A stretch of 64,000 nt of DNA from an uncultured delta proteobacterium (GCA_963776345.1 CAVZMH010000018.1:64001-128000), one strand, 5' to 3'; positions 21,169 through 32,337 are shown, counted from the first letter of the stretch. The notes: a model not told the origin generated them from the letters alone. Translations and numbers: made by a program.

Positions 21169-22632
21169 ATGCCGGACGCTCGCCTCGAGACCGGACTGCA
21201 CCGCCTGCGGGCCAGGGAGCTGGTGGCCCGGCCCCCATTCCTCACCGCGCCCACCGAGGCCGTCGCTGCCGTGGCCCGCGCGATGGCGGAGCGCCACATT
21301 GGCTCGGCGGTGGTCGCCACCGGCCGAACGCCGGTGGGCATCGTGACCGATCGTGACCTCCGCTCCAGGGTCGTCGCCGGCGGGTACCCCCCCTCGGGGC
21401 CGGTGTCGGGAATCATGTCCGCACCGCTGAAGACCGTCCGAGCCGAGGACTCGGCCTTCACCGCGCTCCGGGAAATGACCCGCTCCGCCATCCACCACCT
21501 GGGGGTGGTCGATGGCGAAGGTCAGCTGCTCGGCGTCATCTCCAGCAATGACTTCCTGGCCCTGGAGAGAGGGCATCCGGCCTCGCTGGTCAAGGAGCTG
21601 GACGCGGCGACCTCCCTGGACGGGGTCCGTGCCGCAGCAGGACGCCTCCCCACTCTGGTGCAGGGGCTCCTCCGCGCGGGTCTCCCGGCCATCGAGGTGA
21701 CGCAGCTGGTCGCCGAGGTCCACGACCGGACTCTGCGGCGGGTGGTGCAGCTTGCCGAGGAGGGCCTGGCCAGCGAGGGGCAGGGTCGGCCGCCGGGGCC
21801 GTTCGCCCTGGTGGTCGGAGGCAGCGAGGGTCGGCGCGAGCAGACCATGGTCACCGATCAGGACAACGGGCTGGTCCACGCCTCCGTCCCCGAGGAGGTC
21901 GCCGGGACGGCAGGGGACTACTTCCCGCGTCTGTCCGAGGCGATTGCCTCGCGGCTCGCCGCGCTGGGCGTTCCCTCCTGCCCGGGCGGGTTCATGGCGG
22001 TGAACCCCCGTTGGCGTCTCGACGTCGGGCGGTGGAAGGAGCGATTTCTCCAGTGGATGGAGCGGCCGGAGGGCCACGCCCTGGTCGAGGCGAGCGTGTA
22101 CTTCGACTGGCGGTTCGTCGCCGGCGACGAGGCGTTGGCAAGCGAAGTGTGGAACTGGGTGTGCACCGAGGCTCCCCGGCACGCGCCCCTCCACCAGGCT
22201 CTGGCGCGCGAGGCCCTGCGCCGGGATCCTCCGCTCGGGCTCTTCGGACGTTTTCGGGTGGCCCACCACGGCCCGCATCGGGGGCGCTTCGACGTCAAGG
22301 CGCTGGGGCTCTTCCCCCTGGTGCACGGGATGAGGACTTACGCGGTGCAGCTTGGCCTGAAGGAGACCGGGACCTCCGCCCGCATCGCCGGCGCGGTGGA
22401 GGCCGGGGCCCTGGGCGCGGGGGAGGGCCGCGACCTGAGTCATGCCCTGGAGACGGTGCTCCGGGCGCGCCTGGAGGCCGAGCTGGGCGGAGCGGTAGGG
22501 CAGCCTCCCTCGACCCAGCTCGACCCCGCCCGTCTCGACGCCATCGATCGGGCCGCCCTCCGCCAGGCATTCCGGACCATTCGCCTGTTCCAGCGGGGAC
22601 TGGCCGAGCGGTTCCGCACCCAGCTCTCCTGA
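21169..22632 (+). CDS. CBS-CBS-DUF294 putative nucleotidyltransferase, copy 1
   Basis: CBS pair GIVTDRDLR; GSEGRREQTMVTDQDNGL; CPGGFMAVNPRW; DUF294_C-like FDVKALGLFPLV. Confidence 0.9.
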   Translation: MPDARLETGLHRLRARELVARPPFLTAPTEAVAAVARAMAERHIGSAVVATGRTPVGIVTDRDLRSRVVAGGYPPSGPVSGIMSAPLKTVRAEDSAFTALREMTRSAIHHLGVVDGEGQLLGVISSNDFLALERGHPASLVKELDAATSLDGVRAAAGRLPTLVQGLLRAGLPAIEVTQLVAEVHDRTLRRVVQLAEEGLASEGQGRPPGPFALVVGGSEGRREQTMVTDQDNGLVHASVPEEVAGTAGDYFPRLSEAIASRLAALGVPSCPGGFMAVNPRWRLDVGRWKERFLQWMERPEGHALVEASVYFDWRFVAGDEALASEVWNWVCTEAPRHAPLHQALAREALRRDPPLGLFGRFRVAHHGPHRGRFDVKALGLFPLVHGMRTYAVQLGLKETGTSARIAGAVEAGALGAGEGRDLSHALETVLRARLEAELGGAVGQPPSTQLDPARLDAIDRAALRQAFRTIRLFQRGLAERFRTQLS

Positions 22633-22633
22633 T

Positions 22634-24094
22634 ATGCCCGAAGCTCGCCTCCAGACCTGGCTGCACCGCCTCAGGGCTCGGGAGCTGCTGAGTCGCCCCC
22701 TGGTGACCGCAGCTCCGACCGAGGCCGTGGCGGCCGTGGCCAGGGCGATGACCGAGCGACACACCGGCGCGGCGGTGGTCGCTAACAAAGGAACCCCCAT
22801 CGGGATCGTCACCGACCGGGACCTTCGCTCCAAGGTCGTCGCCGGCGGGTATCCACCCTCGGGGCCGGTTTCGGGGATCATGTCCGCCCCGGTGAAGACG
22901 GTGCGCGGCGAGGACTGGGCCTTCACCGCCCTCCGGGAGATGACCCGCACGGCCCTCCACCACCTGGCGGTGGTTGACGGGGACGGTCAGCTGATCGGCG
23001 TGCTCTCCACCGACGACTTCGTTCCGCTCGAAGCGGGGCATCCGGCCTCGCTCACCCAGGCGGTGGACGCCGCGGCCTCCCTGGACGGGATTCGCGCCGC
23101 CGAGTCGCGGCTCCCTCCGCTGGTTCGGGGCCTGGTCCGCGCCGGCCTCCCGGCGATCGAGGTGACCGAACTCGTTGCCGAGGTCCACGGCAGGACCCTG
23201 CGCCGGGTGACGCAGCTTGCCGAGCAAGCGCTCGCTGCCGAGGGGCACGGACGACCGCCGGTGCCGTATGCCCTGGTGGTGGGAGGCAGCGAAGGCCGCC
23301 GCGAGCAGACCATGGTCACCGACCAGGACAACGGGCTGGTGTACGCCCTCGGCGCAGACGACGGCGGGGCCAGGGAGTACTTCACTCGACTGGCCGAGGG
23401 CATCGCCCAGAGACTCGCGGCACTGGGCGTTCCCCACTGTCCCGGGAATTTCATGGCGACCAACCCCCGGTGGCGCCTCGACGTCGGGCGGTGGAAGGAG
23501 CGATTTCTCGAGTGGATGGAACGGCCGGAGGACCATGCCCTGGTCGAGGCGAGCGTGTTCTTCGACTGGCGGTTCGTCGCCGGTGACGAGGCGGTGGCAA
23601 GCGAGGTGTGGACCTGGGCGTGCACGGAGGTTCCCCGGTACGCGCCCTTCCACCAGGGTCTGGCGCGCGAAGCCCTGCGGCGGGATCCGCCTCTGGGGCT
23701 CTTCGGCCGTTTTCGGGTGGCGCACCGTGGCCCCCATCGGAGGTGCTTCGACGTCAAGGCGCTGGGGCTCTTTCCTCTGGTGCACGGGATGCGGGCCTAC
23801 GCGGTGCAGCTGGGCCTGAAGCACACCGGGACCTCCGCCCGCGTCGCCGGCGCGGTGGAGGCCGGGGCCCTGCGCGCAGAGGAGGGGCGTGACCTGACTC
23901 ACGCCCTGGAGACGGTGCTCCGGACGCGTCTCAATGCCGAGCTGGGCGCGGTCATGGAAGGCCGGTCTCCCTCCAGCCAGGTCGACCCTTCCCGCCTCGA
24001 CGCCATCGAGCGCGCCGCCCTCTACCAAGCATTCCGGACCATTCGCTTGTTCCAGCGAGGACTGGCCGACCGGTTCCGCACCCAGCTCTCCTGA
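22634..24094 (+). CDS. CBS-CBS-DUF294 putative nucleotidyltransferase, copy 2
   Basis: Colinear paralog of the preceding gene with the same motifs and the same end RFRTQLS. Confidence 0.9.
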   Translation: MPEARLQTWLHRLRARELLSRPLVTAAPTEAVAAVARAMTERHTGAAVVANKGTPIGIVTDRDLRSKVVAGGYPPSGPVSGIMSAPVKTVRGEDWAFTALREMTRTALHHLAVVDGDGQLIGVLSTDDFVPLEAGHPASLTQAVDAAASLDGIRAAESRLPPLVRGLVRAGLPAIEVTELVAEVHGRTLRRVTQLAEQALAAEGHGRPPVPYALVVGGSEGRREQTMVTDQDNGLVYALGADDGGAREYFTRLAEGIAQRLAALGVPHCPGNFMATNPRWRLDVGRWKERFLEWMERPEDHALVEASVFFDWRFVAGDEAVASEVWTWACTEVPRYAPFHQGLAREALRRDPPLGLFGRFRVAHRGPHRRCFDVKALGLFPLVHGMRAYAVQLGLKHTGTSARVAGAVEAGALRAEEGRDLTHALETVLRTRLNAELGAVMEGRSPSSQVDPSRLDAIERAALYQAFRTIRLFQRGLADRFRTQLS

Positions 24095-24169
24095 GCTGCC
24101 GTCGCTCGAGAGAAACGGGATTGGCCGCGAGGGCCAACGAGGACCGATCAACCAGGCCGGTTTCCGCTG

Positions 24170-26370
24170 TCAGTACTTCAGGCGCGCGGCCCAGGTCCGC
24201 TGCGATGCCTCCCTGGCCTCGCGGAGCGTCTCGATGCCCCGCGCCCTCAGCAGGGGGACCATCCTGAGGAAGATCTCGCCGGTCATGATCGCGTCGCCGA
24301 GCGCGGTGTGCCGCCCGAGCACGGGAACGCCGAACCGTTCGGCGATGCCCTCGAGCCCGGTGGGGGGGAGGTCCGGCTGGATCAGCTCGGCGAGGAGCAG
24401 GGTGTCGAGCACCGGGTGCGTGAAGCGGACCCCCGCCACGGCTTCCTTGAGCTGGAGGAAGCGCAGGTCGAAGGCGCCGTTGTGCGCGACGAGCACGGTG
24501 CCCTCGCAGAAGCGATGGAACCGGGGGAGGACCTCCTCGATCGGCGGCTTGCCCCGGAGGAGCGCAGGATCGATGCCGGTGATCCGGACCGTCTCCGGCG
24601 ACACGGTCCTCCTGGGGTCCACGAACTGCTCGAAGGCCTCCTGGTGGAGCAGCCGCCCGTTCACGATGCGCACCGCGCCGATGGAGATGATCTCGTCGCC
24701 GCCGGAGGGGGAGAGCCCGGTGGTCTCGGTGTCGAAGGCGGTGTACTCGAGCGCCGTGAGCTTCCGCTCGTCCAGCTCCCGGGTCTGCCCCGCCTGGTGG
24801 AACAGGTCGAAATCGTAGAACTCGGGCCGGCCGCCCGTGAGGGGGAGGCGAGCGTCGCCTGCTCCGCCTCCGCCACCGGGAGGACCAGCCGGATGAATCC
24901 GGGCGCGGAGGGACGGTCCCCCTGGGACCAGACGGCTCCGTCGTGGCGCTCGACCACCGCCCTCAGCGTTGGCGGCATGGGCTCCCCGTCGACGTCGGGG
25001 GGTTCGTCCTCCCAGCGAGCGATGACCTCGGTCGGCACGTCGGCGCCGGACCAGGTGACGTCGAGATGCGCCCGCCGGCCGGCCCGCCGGAGCGCAAGCC
25101 GCAGCTCCCGGACGCCCCGGCGCTGGAGCCGGCTCCCGATCGAGGCGACGGCCCGCACCAGGGAGTAGCTCTCCACCTTGAGCCAGAGCCCGGGATCGAT
25201 CTCGTCGAGGGTCGTGGACAGGCCGAGGGTGCCCTCGATGCGCGAGCGCGCCGCCGAGAGGAGGTCGGCTCCCTGCATGTTCTCGAGGAGCCACTCGGCC
25301 CGCAGCGAGGTGAGCTCGGGTGCGGCGCGATCGAGGGTGGCCGAGAGGGCCGACGCCTCGTCGTGGATGACCCCGACGAACGCGGCCCGCCGCTCGACCT
25401 CCAGGCCCGGGTGGGCGAGGAGCGTCTCCACCGCCGCCCGGATGTTGGCGAGCGCACGCCGGCTCGCGTCGGTGAGCGCCTGAAGGGCGGCCTCGGTGCG
25501 GCTCCCCGCCTGGAGCGGCCGGGTGACGTCGTCGATGCGGAGCACGAACCCACTGATGACGCTCGTCCCGGCGCCGCGCGGGGCGGTGTCTTCCCCCTCC
25601 TGCGTCGCGCGCCCGCCGCGCAGGACGGGCGAGACGTGGACGCGCAGGAACCGACCGCCGCCGGCGGTGACGAAGCTCGCCACGGGATGTTGCGTCCCCT
25701 TCTCCAGGCGCGCCTGGATCGTCTCCAGGGCGTGGGCGACCTGGGCCCGCTCGAGGATCACGAACACCGACCGCGCCAGCCCCACCAGGCCGGCCCCGCC
25801 GTCCGGCGGCGTCCCGTCGGTACAGTCGGTCGTCCTCCCGTGGAGCTCCCGCGCCTTCAGGTTGTAGAGGAGGATACGCCCCTCGAGGTTGCAGACGAGC
25901 ACCGCCTGCGACGACTCGGCGATGATCGCGGCGAGCCGATCGCGCTCCTCCCCCAGCCGCTGCTGCGCCTCCGCCACCCTCGCCTCGAGCTCGCCGCGGA
26001 GCGTCTCGTGCTCGGCGGCGAGCGCGTTGATCGCGTCCGCCAGCTCCCGGAGCTCCGCTCCGCCGAGCGGCTCGAGCCGGTGGGAGGCGTTCCCGTGGGT
26101 GACGAGGCGGGTTCCCTGCGCGAGCGCGAGGGGGGCGGCCACGTGCTGCTGGACGAGCACCCAGACCAGGAGCCCGTGGCCGGCGAGCAGGCCGACCCCG
26201 AGACCGACGAGCAGCGGGGCCCGCTCCGTCACGCCGGCGGCAAGGGCGGAGCGCTCGTCGGGCCCGAGCGCGGCCCACACCCCCGCGCAGACCAGGGCGG
26301 CGGCGACGAACGCGAGGGCCTGGGAACCCACGAGGACGAGCGCGAACCTGGCCTTGGCGAGCCTCGCCAT
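24170..26370 (-). CDS. Membrane HAMP-PAS-pseudo-kinase protein with a C-terminal DEDDh (DnaQ-like) 3'-5' exonuclease; frameshift near 24843
   Basis: ORF 24661..26373 gives 2 TM, HAMP, PAS and a DHp-like helix; ORF ending 24170 gives [33 protein letters not shown]. Confidence 0.85.
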
Positions 26371-26741
26371 CACCCGTCGCCGAGCAACGCCTTCACCGTG
26401 GCCACCAGCTCCTTCGTGGCGAACGGCTTCGTGACGTAAGAATCGGCGCCGAGAGCGAGCCCCTTCTCGGCGTCGATGTCACGCCCCTTCGCGGTCAGCA
26501 TCACCACCTTGATCCCCGCCAGGCCGGGCGTCTCGCGCACGGCCTGGCAGATCTCGTAGCCGTTTCGCTTCGGCATCATCACGTCGAGCAGGACCAGGTC
26601 GGGACGGAAGTCGCGGAGGATCTGGAGGGCCGTCTCCCCGTCGGCCGCGGTCCGCACCTCGTACCCCTCGAACTCCATGAGGAACTGGAGTGACATGACG
26701 ATGTTCGGCTCGTCGTCGGCGATCAGGACTCTCTTCTTCAT
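26370..26741 (-). CDS. Single-domain response regulator (REC only)
   Basis: [14 protein letters not shown]...LLDVMMP...LTAK...KPF; 123 aa with no output domain. Confidence 0.92.
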   Translation of the reverse strand: MKKRVLIADDEPNIVMSLQFLMEFEGYEVRTAADGETALQILRDFRPDLVLLDVMMPKRNGYEICQAVRETPGLAGIKVVMLTAKGRDIDAEKGLALGADSYVTKPFATKELVATVKALLGDG

Positions 26742-26752
26742 GCTGGCTCCGT

Positions 26753-29575
26753 TCAGCTGGCACCGGCCCCCGTCCCGGACGCGCCGAGCGCAGCGGCGCG
26801 ATCGTCCCGCACGTCGCCACCGCCCACCTCCGCCGGACGGCGGAGCGGGATGACGAACGAGAACGTGGCTCCCCTCCCGGGCTCGCTCTCCACCCACAGG
26901 CGCCCCCCGAAGTGGTGGATGATCTCGCGGCTGATCGGGAGCCCCAGGCCGGTTCCCCTGGGCTTGGTGGTGAGGGTGTCGCCGCCCTGGCGGAACTTCT
27001 CGAAGATGAGCTCCTGGTCCTTCGCCGCGATTCCCATCCCGTTGTCGCGCACGTCGACGCGGACCCCCCCCGGCTCCGCGCGCAGCGAGATGGAAACCCG
27101 GCCGCCCGGGTCGGCGCAGAACTTGGCCGCGTTGGAGAGGAGGTTGATCACCACCTGCACGAGGCGGTCCCGATCGGCGAGGATCCGTGGGACCTCCGCC
27201 GGCACGTCGACCTCCAGCGTCGCCGCCTTCTCGGCGAAGAGCTGGCTCGTCGCCGCCACGGCGTGCTCGACCACCTCGCGCGGGCTCACCTCCCCGATCC
27301 GCCAATCGACCCGGCCGGCCTCGATCTTCGAGAGGTCGAGGACCTGGTTGATCAGGCGGGTGAGCCGCTCCGCCTCCTGGATGACGACGGACAGGTACTT
27401 GGTGCGGGTGGCGGCATCGAGCTCGGGATGGTCGTGGAGAATCTCGGAGGCCGAGCGGATGGAGGTGAGCGGGGTGCGGAGCTCGTGCGAGACGTGGGAG
27501 ACGAAGTCGTCCTTCATCCTGTCCAGCTCCTTCAGCTGCTCGTTCGCGCTCCTGAGCTCCGCGTACGCGCTGGTGAGCTCCCGCGACGTCTTCTCCAGCT
27601 CCCGGCTGTACTTCATGATCTGCGAGGCCTCGTCGAGGATGGACATCACCTCGTCCATGGTGAGCGGGGCCTCCTTCACGACCGACGCCACCATCGCGTG
27701 GGCCGACGCTCCGCCGATGGCGCCGGCCAGCTTCGTCTCGGCGAACTGGATGAGATTCGCGTCGGCGTCGACCTCCCACGCCGACCGCACGCGACGATCG
27801 CGCGCGTAGCTCTCCAGCACCTCGTCGGCCTTGTCCGCCCCGAGGAAGCGCGAGAGGAGCGCGCGCAGCTCCTGGACCGACACGCCGCCCCGCCAGAAGA
27901 GCGACCCGGTGCCGGCGGCGGAGTGCTTGAACACGTCCACGAACAGCGTCGCCTGGCTGTGCTCGACCGCGCTCTGGGTGGTCGACAGCGAGAACGCGAC
28001 GTAGGCGCCCACGTTGGCCAGCATGGACCAGATCATCCCATGGGTGATCTGGTCGAGGCCGGTGAGCCCGAAGAGCTGCAGGGGCCTCAGGGCCTCGATC
28101 CCGAACGGCCCCGCCTCGACGATGGACATGGGCACCCAGCCTGACCTCGCGAACGCCGGGACGAGGAGGGTGTAGAGCCAGACCAGGAATCCGGCGGAGA
28201 GGCCGGCGAGGGCGCCGGCGCGCGTACCGCCCTTCCAGAAGAGCCCACCCAGGCAGGCGGGCGCGAACTGCGCCACCGCGGCGAAGGAGATGAGGCCGAT
28301 CGACACCAGCGCGTAGGCCTCCCCCGCGATCCGGAAGTAGAGGTAGCCGAGGAGCAGCATCACCAGGATCGCCCCGCGCCGGATGCCCAGCAGGAGTCCG
28401 GTGAGATTCTTCCGCTCGTTCAGCCGCAGCGCGCGCCAGCGGAGCAGGAGAGGCATGGCGAGGTCGTTGCAGACCATGGTGGAGAGCGCGATCGTCTCGA
28501 CGATCACCATTCCGGTCGCCGCGGAGAGCCCTCCGATGAAGACCAGCAGCCCGAGCCCGTTCTGGCCCCTGGAGAGCGGCAGGGTGAGCACGTACGTGTC
28601 CGGATCGACCGGGGTGCCGGCGAAGTGGACCATCCCGCCGAAGGCGATCGCCGGCACGAAGAGGTTGATGACCAGCATGTAGAGCGGGAACAGCCAGATC
28701 GCGGTCTTCACGTGGTCGACGTCGACGTTCTCGACCACCGCGACCTGGAACTGCCGGGGCAGGAACATGATCGCCAGCATGGCGAAGAAGGTCGCGGAGT
28801 AGAGCGAGGCCAGGACGCCAGTTTGCCCATCGCCCGTTCCCCCGATGACGAAGAGGGCCTGGACCCCGGGCAGCTCCCGGGCGCGGGTGAAGACGTCCCG
28901 GAACCCGTCGAACATTCCCCAGGTCACGAACCCGCCCACCGCCAGGAAGGCGACGAGCTTCACCAGCGACTCGAAGGCGATCGCCGCGACCATCCCCTCG
29001 TGCCGCTCCGAGGCGTCGAGGTGGCGGGTCCCGAACATGATGGTGAAGGTGGCGAGGATGAGCGCCGCGTACAGCGCGGTGTCGCCGAGGAACGGCCCGC
29101 CGTGGCCCGCGCCGACGGCCTCCACGTCGTGCGAGTGGACGATGGTGAAGGCGGTGGAGATCGCCTTCAGCTGCAGCGAGATGTAGGGGAGGATCCCGAT
29201 CACCGCGATGACGGTGACGAGCCCCGCGACGAGGCCGCTCTTGCCGTACCGGGAGGCGATGAAGTCTGCCAGCGACGTGATCCGGTGGACCTTGCTGATG
29301 AGGATGATCTTCCGCAGCAGGATCCACCACAGGAGGCACATGATCGTCGGGCCGATGTAGATGGGCAGGAACCCGATGCCGGTGGAGACGGCGCGCCCGA
29401 CCGAGCCGTAGAAAGTCCACGCGGTCGCGTAGACCGCGAGCGACAGTGAGTAGATGTACGGGTTCGCGATGAGACTCCGCCCGCGGTCGGCGCGCCGGTC
29501 GGCGTAGTAGGCGATCGCGAAGAGGAGCCCCAGGTAGGCGCAGGCGACAGAGATGACGACCCAGTCCCGGAGCAC
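26753..29575 (-). CDS. SLC5 (sodium:solute symporter)-STAC-histidine kinase, CrbS/MxtR/PrlS-like, without REC
   Basis: YSLSLAVYATAWTFYGSVG, AIAFESLVKL, LPRQFQVAVVE, LAGAIGGASA, SHELRTPLTSIR, GTGLGL. Confidence 0.92.
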   Translation of the reverse strand: MLRDWVVISVACAYLGLLFAIAYYADRRADRGRSLIANPYIYSLSLAVYATAWTFYGSVGRAVSTGIGFLPIYIGPTIMCLLWWILLRKIILISKVHRITSLADFIASRYGKSGLVAGLVTVIAVIGILPYISLQLKAISTAFTIVHSHDVEAVGAGHGGPFLGDTALYAALILATFTIMFGTRHLDASERHEGMVAAIAFESLVKLVAFLAVGGFVTWGMFDGFRDVFTRARELPGVQALFVIGGTGDGQTGVLASLYSATFFAMLAIMFLPRQFQVAVVENVDVDHVKTAIWLFPLYMLVINLFVPAIAFGGMVHFAGTPVDPDTYVLTLPLSRGQNGLGLLVFIGGLSAATGMVIVETIALSTMVCNDLAMPLLLRWRALRLNERKNLTGLLLGIRRGAILVMLLLGYLYFRIAGEAYALVSIGLISFAAVAQFAPACLGGLFWKGGTRAGALAGLSAGFLVWLYTLLVPAFARSGWVPMSIVEAGPFGIEALRPLQLFGLTGLDQITHGMIWSMLANVGAYVAFSLSTTQSAVEHSQATLFVDVFKHSAAGTGSLFWRGGVSVQELRALLSRFLGADKADEVLESYARDRRVRSAWEVDADANLIQFAETKLAGAIGGASAHAMVASVVKEAPLTMDEVMSILDEASQIMKYSRELEKTSRELTSAYAELRSANEQLKELDRMKDDFVSHVSHELRTPLTSIRSASEILHDHPELDAATRTKYLSVVIQEAERLTRLINQVLDLSKIEAGRVDWRIGEVSPREVVEHAVAATSQLFAEKAATLEVDVPAEVPRILADRDRLVQVVINLLSNAAKFCADPGGRVSISLRAEPGGVRVDVRDNGMGIAAKDQELIFEKFRQGGDTLTTKPRGTGLGLPISREIIHHFGGRLWVESEPGRGATFSFVIPLRRPAEVGGGDVRDDRAAALGASGTGAGAS

Positions 29576-29584
29576 GTGTGCGCC

Positions 29585-29842
29585 TCAGCGTGGCGGCGGC
29601 GGCCGTCGCGCCCCTCCTTGCCCGCCGCGGAGGTTTCCGTCGTCGGATCCGCTCACCTGGAGGACCAGGGCGGCTCCCAAGATCACCACCGCCCAGGCGA
29701 CGAAGAGGTACAGGTAGAGCTTCGGCATCCCCAGCACCAGCGTGGGGGCGTTGAACATCTGGAGGAGCGGGTAGTTGAAGAGGAGCAGACCGAACAAGGC
29801 CAGGGCGACAAGTCGTTCGTTCCTGACATTGGTTCGCTTCAA
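29585..29842 (-). CDS. Small 2-TM protein preceding the SLC5 kinase
   Basis: TTG start with GGGAG; RLVALALFGLLLFNYPLL...GMPKLYLYLFVAWAVVI. Confidence 0.8.
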   Translation of the reverse strand: MKRTNVRNERLVALALFGLLLFNYPLLQMFNAPTLVLGMPKLYLYLFVAWAVVILGAALVLQVSGSDDGNLRGGQGGARRPPPPR

Positions 29843-30023
29843 CTGGCCGCTCCCGCCATCGCGTGGCGCATCGTAATCCCCTCCCGCGTCCTCGCGTCCA
29901 CCCGGGTCCATGGCCCGACGCGGCGGGTGCAGGCGCATCTCCTCGGAGTGCACCTCTTCGGACCCTTGCTCCAGGTGCCGGATCGGCTCCAGCGCGCGGC
30001 GCGGTGACGGCCAGCGCCTCCGC

Positions 30024-30311
30024 TCAGCGCGGAGCCTGCGCCCCAAACTTGAGGTCGAGCACCACCGTCACCACCCACACCGCCACCGCCAGGGCAAACG
30101 CCACCCACCGCACTTTCCGCTCCGACGCGCCGGAGCCGGCAAGCGCTCGGGCGGGCCGGAGAAGCGGCGAGGCGACCAGGGCGAAGAACCCCAGCACCTT
30201 GCTCTCCGGATTCTTGGCCAGTCCCGTCGCCGCGATGTAGAGGCCCACGTAGCAGACGGCGATGAACGCAACCGTGCGGAGAATCAGCAGCACGCCGGGC
30301 AGCACTTCCAT
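30024..30311 (-). CDS. Small membrane protein, function unknown
   Basis: 95 aa with hydrophobic segments, GGAGG SD, downstream of the symporter. Confidence 0.65.
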   Translation of the reverse strand: MEVLPGVLLILRTVAFIAVCYVGLYIAATGLAKNPESKVLGFFALVASPLLRPARALAGSGASERKVRWVAFALAVAVWVVTVVLDLKFGAQAPR

Positions 30312-30406
30312 CGCCAGGGAACCTCCGGAAAGCGGAGGGGCCCAGGAGGTCTCGCTCGAGCTTCGAGCGAGACGCCCCGGGCCCCGTCAGGCAGCAGTGG
30401 CCTCCG

Positions 30407-32337
30407 CTAGTGGGCGAATTCCGCCGAGGAGACGGTCGCCTTCGGATAGCGGACGCTGCTCACCAGTTCCTGGACCCGCTCCGGGGGAGGCGCGGTGAGG
30501 AGAGAGACCACCCAGATGGTGACGAAGCCGAGCGGGATCCCGAAGACCCCCGAGGCCACGGTGGCCGTGCCCCACCAGGTCATCCCGTAGAAGCGCGAGC
30601 CGACCATGTAGATGAGCGTGGTTGCCAGGCCGATGCCACATGCCGGCCACGGCCCCTGGGCGATTCGCCCGCTTCCACCAGATGCCCATCACCAGCGCCG
30701 GGAAGAAGCTCGCCGCGGCGAGACTGAAGGCCCAGGCCACCAGCTCGACGATGATCGCCAGCCGGAAGGTGGCGACGCTCGCCGCGATCAGCGCGGTGGC
30801 GATGAGGAGGATCTTGGTGATGGTGAGCCGGCGGATCAGCGGCGCCTTCGGGTCGATGATCTTGTAGTAGAGGTCGTGGGAGATGGCGTTGGCGATGGTC
30901 AGGAGCAGCCCGTCGGCGGTCGAGAGCGCCGCGGCGAGGCCGCCGGCCATCACCAGCCCGGTGATCACGAAGGGCAGGCCGGCTATCTCCGGCATCGCCA
31001 GCACCACGAAATCGGAGCTTTTGATCACGAAGTCAGCGAGCTGCACCACCCCGTCCCCGAGCTTGTCCACCACGTCGAAGAGGCCGGCGGGTTTCCACAG
31101 CGTCACCCACCGCGGCAGGTCGGCGATCTGCGTTCCGACCAGCCGGGTGTAGACCACGAACCGGGCGAAGGCGGCGTAGGCCGGGGCCGTGAAGTACAGG
31201 AGGAAGATGAAGAACAGGCCCCAGGCGACGGAGGTTCGCGCTTCCTTGACCGAGGGTGTCGTGTAGTAGCGGGTCAGGATGTGGGGCAATCCAGCCGTGC
31301 CCACCATCAGGCAGAAGGTGAGCGCGAGGAAGTTCCACATCCCCACGCCCTTGGGGACCGTCAGGTAGTTTCCGATGGTCGCGCCCGGGGCGGCGGGCGG
31401 CTTCGCCTGCACTACCGCCGTCTTCTGCTGGGCGGTCAGCTTCTCCCGCTCGGCGTCCGACAGCGCCGGGTGCTTTCAGCTTCGCCGTGGCCGCGTCGGC
31501 GTCCCGTTTCCACGCTGCTCGCGTGGCCGCCTCCTTCGGATCGTTGGTCACCTGGATTGCCGCGGCGTTGTTCCGCTGCAGCAGCTGGCCGTAGGTGAAC
31601 TGGGGGAAGGGGAAGGTGAAGAGCTGCCAGCTCAGCACCACCACCGGGACCAGGTAACTGATGATCAGGATGATGTACTGCGCCACCTGGGTCCAGGTGA
31701 CCGAGCGCATGCCTCCCAGCACCGAGCAGAAGAGCACGCCTACCAGTCCCACGAAGACCCCGATGTTGAAGTCCAGGCCCAGGAAGCGGCTGACGATCAG
31801 CCCCACCCCGGTCACCTGGGCGATGAGATAGGTGAAGGAGCAGAGAATGGCGGCGAGCACACCCACCAGCCGCGGCGCGATCCCGCCGTAGCGGCCCCCC
31901 AGGAAGTCAGGGATGGTGTAGGCCCCGAACTGCCTGAGGTAAGGACCGAGGAACACCGCCAGGAGCACGTACCCGCCGGTCCAGCCCATCACGTATGCCA
32001 GCCCGCTGAACCCCTGGACCGACAGCGCTCCGGCCATGGAGATGAAGGACGCCGCCGACATCCAGTCGGACCCGGTGGCCATGCCGTTGTAGAGCGCAGG
32101 CACACCCCGGCCGGCCACGTAGTACTGGTCCGAGTCCGAGGTACGGGTGATGACCCCGATGACGATGTAGATGCCGAGGCTCAGGGCCATGAACAGCCAG
32201 CCGATCCATCGGTTGGGCAGGCCGAGGAACTGCTCGGCGAGCCCGATGAGGATCGTGACGCCGAGGAAGGCGACGGTGTAGAGGCCGAAGATCTTGGCCA
32301 GGCTCCACCGGAACGGTTGCTGGGTCGTGGTGGCCAT
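30407..32337 (-). CDS. Cation/acetate symporter ActP-like (SSF); frameshifts near 31473 and 30637
   Basis: NGMATGSDWMSAASF, TWTQVAQY, GTAGLPHILTRYYT, GGLAAALSTADGLLL, VSSVRYP across three ORF fragments. Confidence 0.9.
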
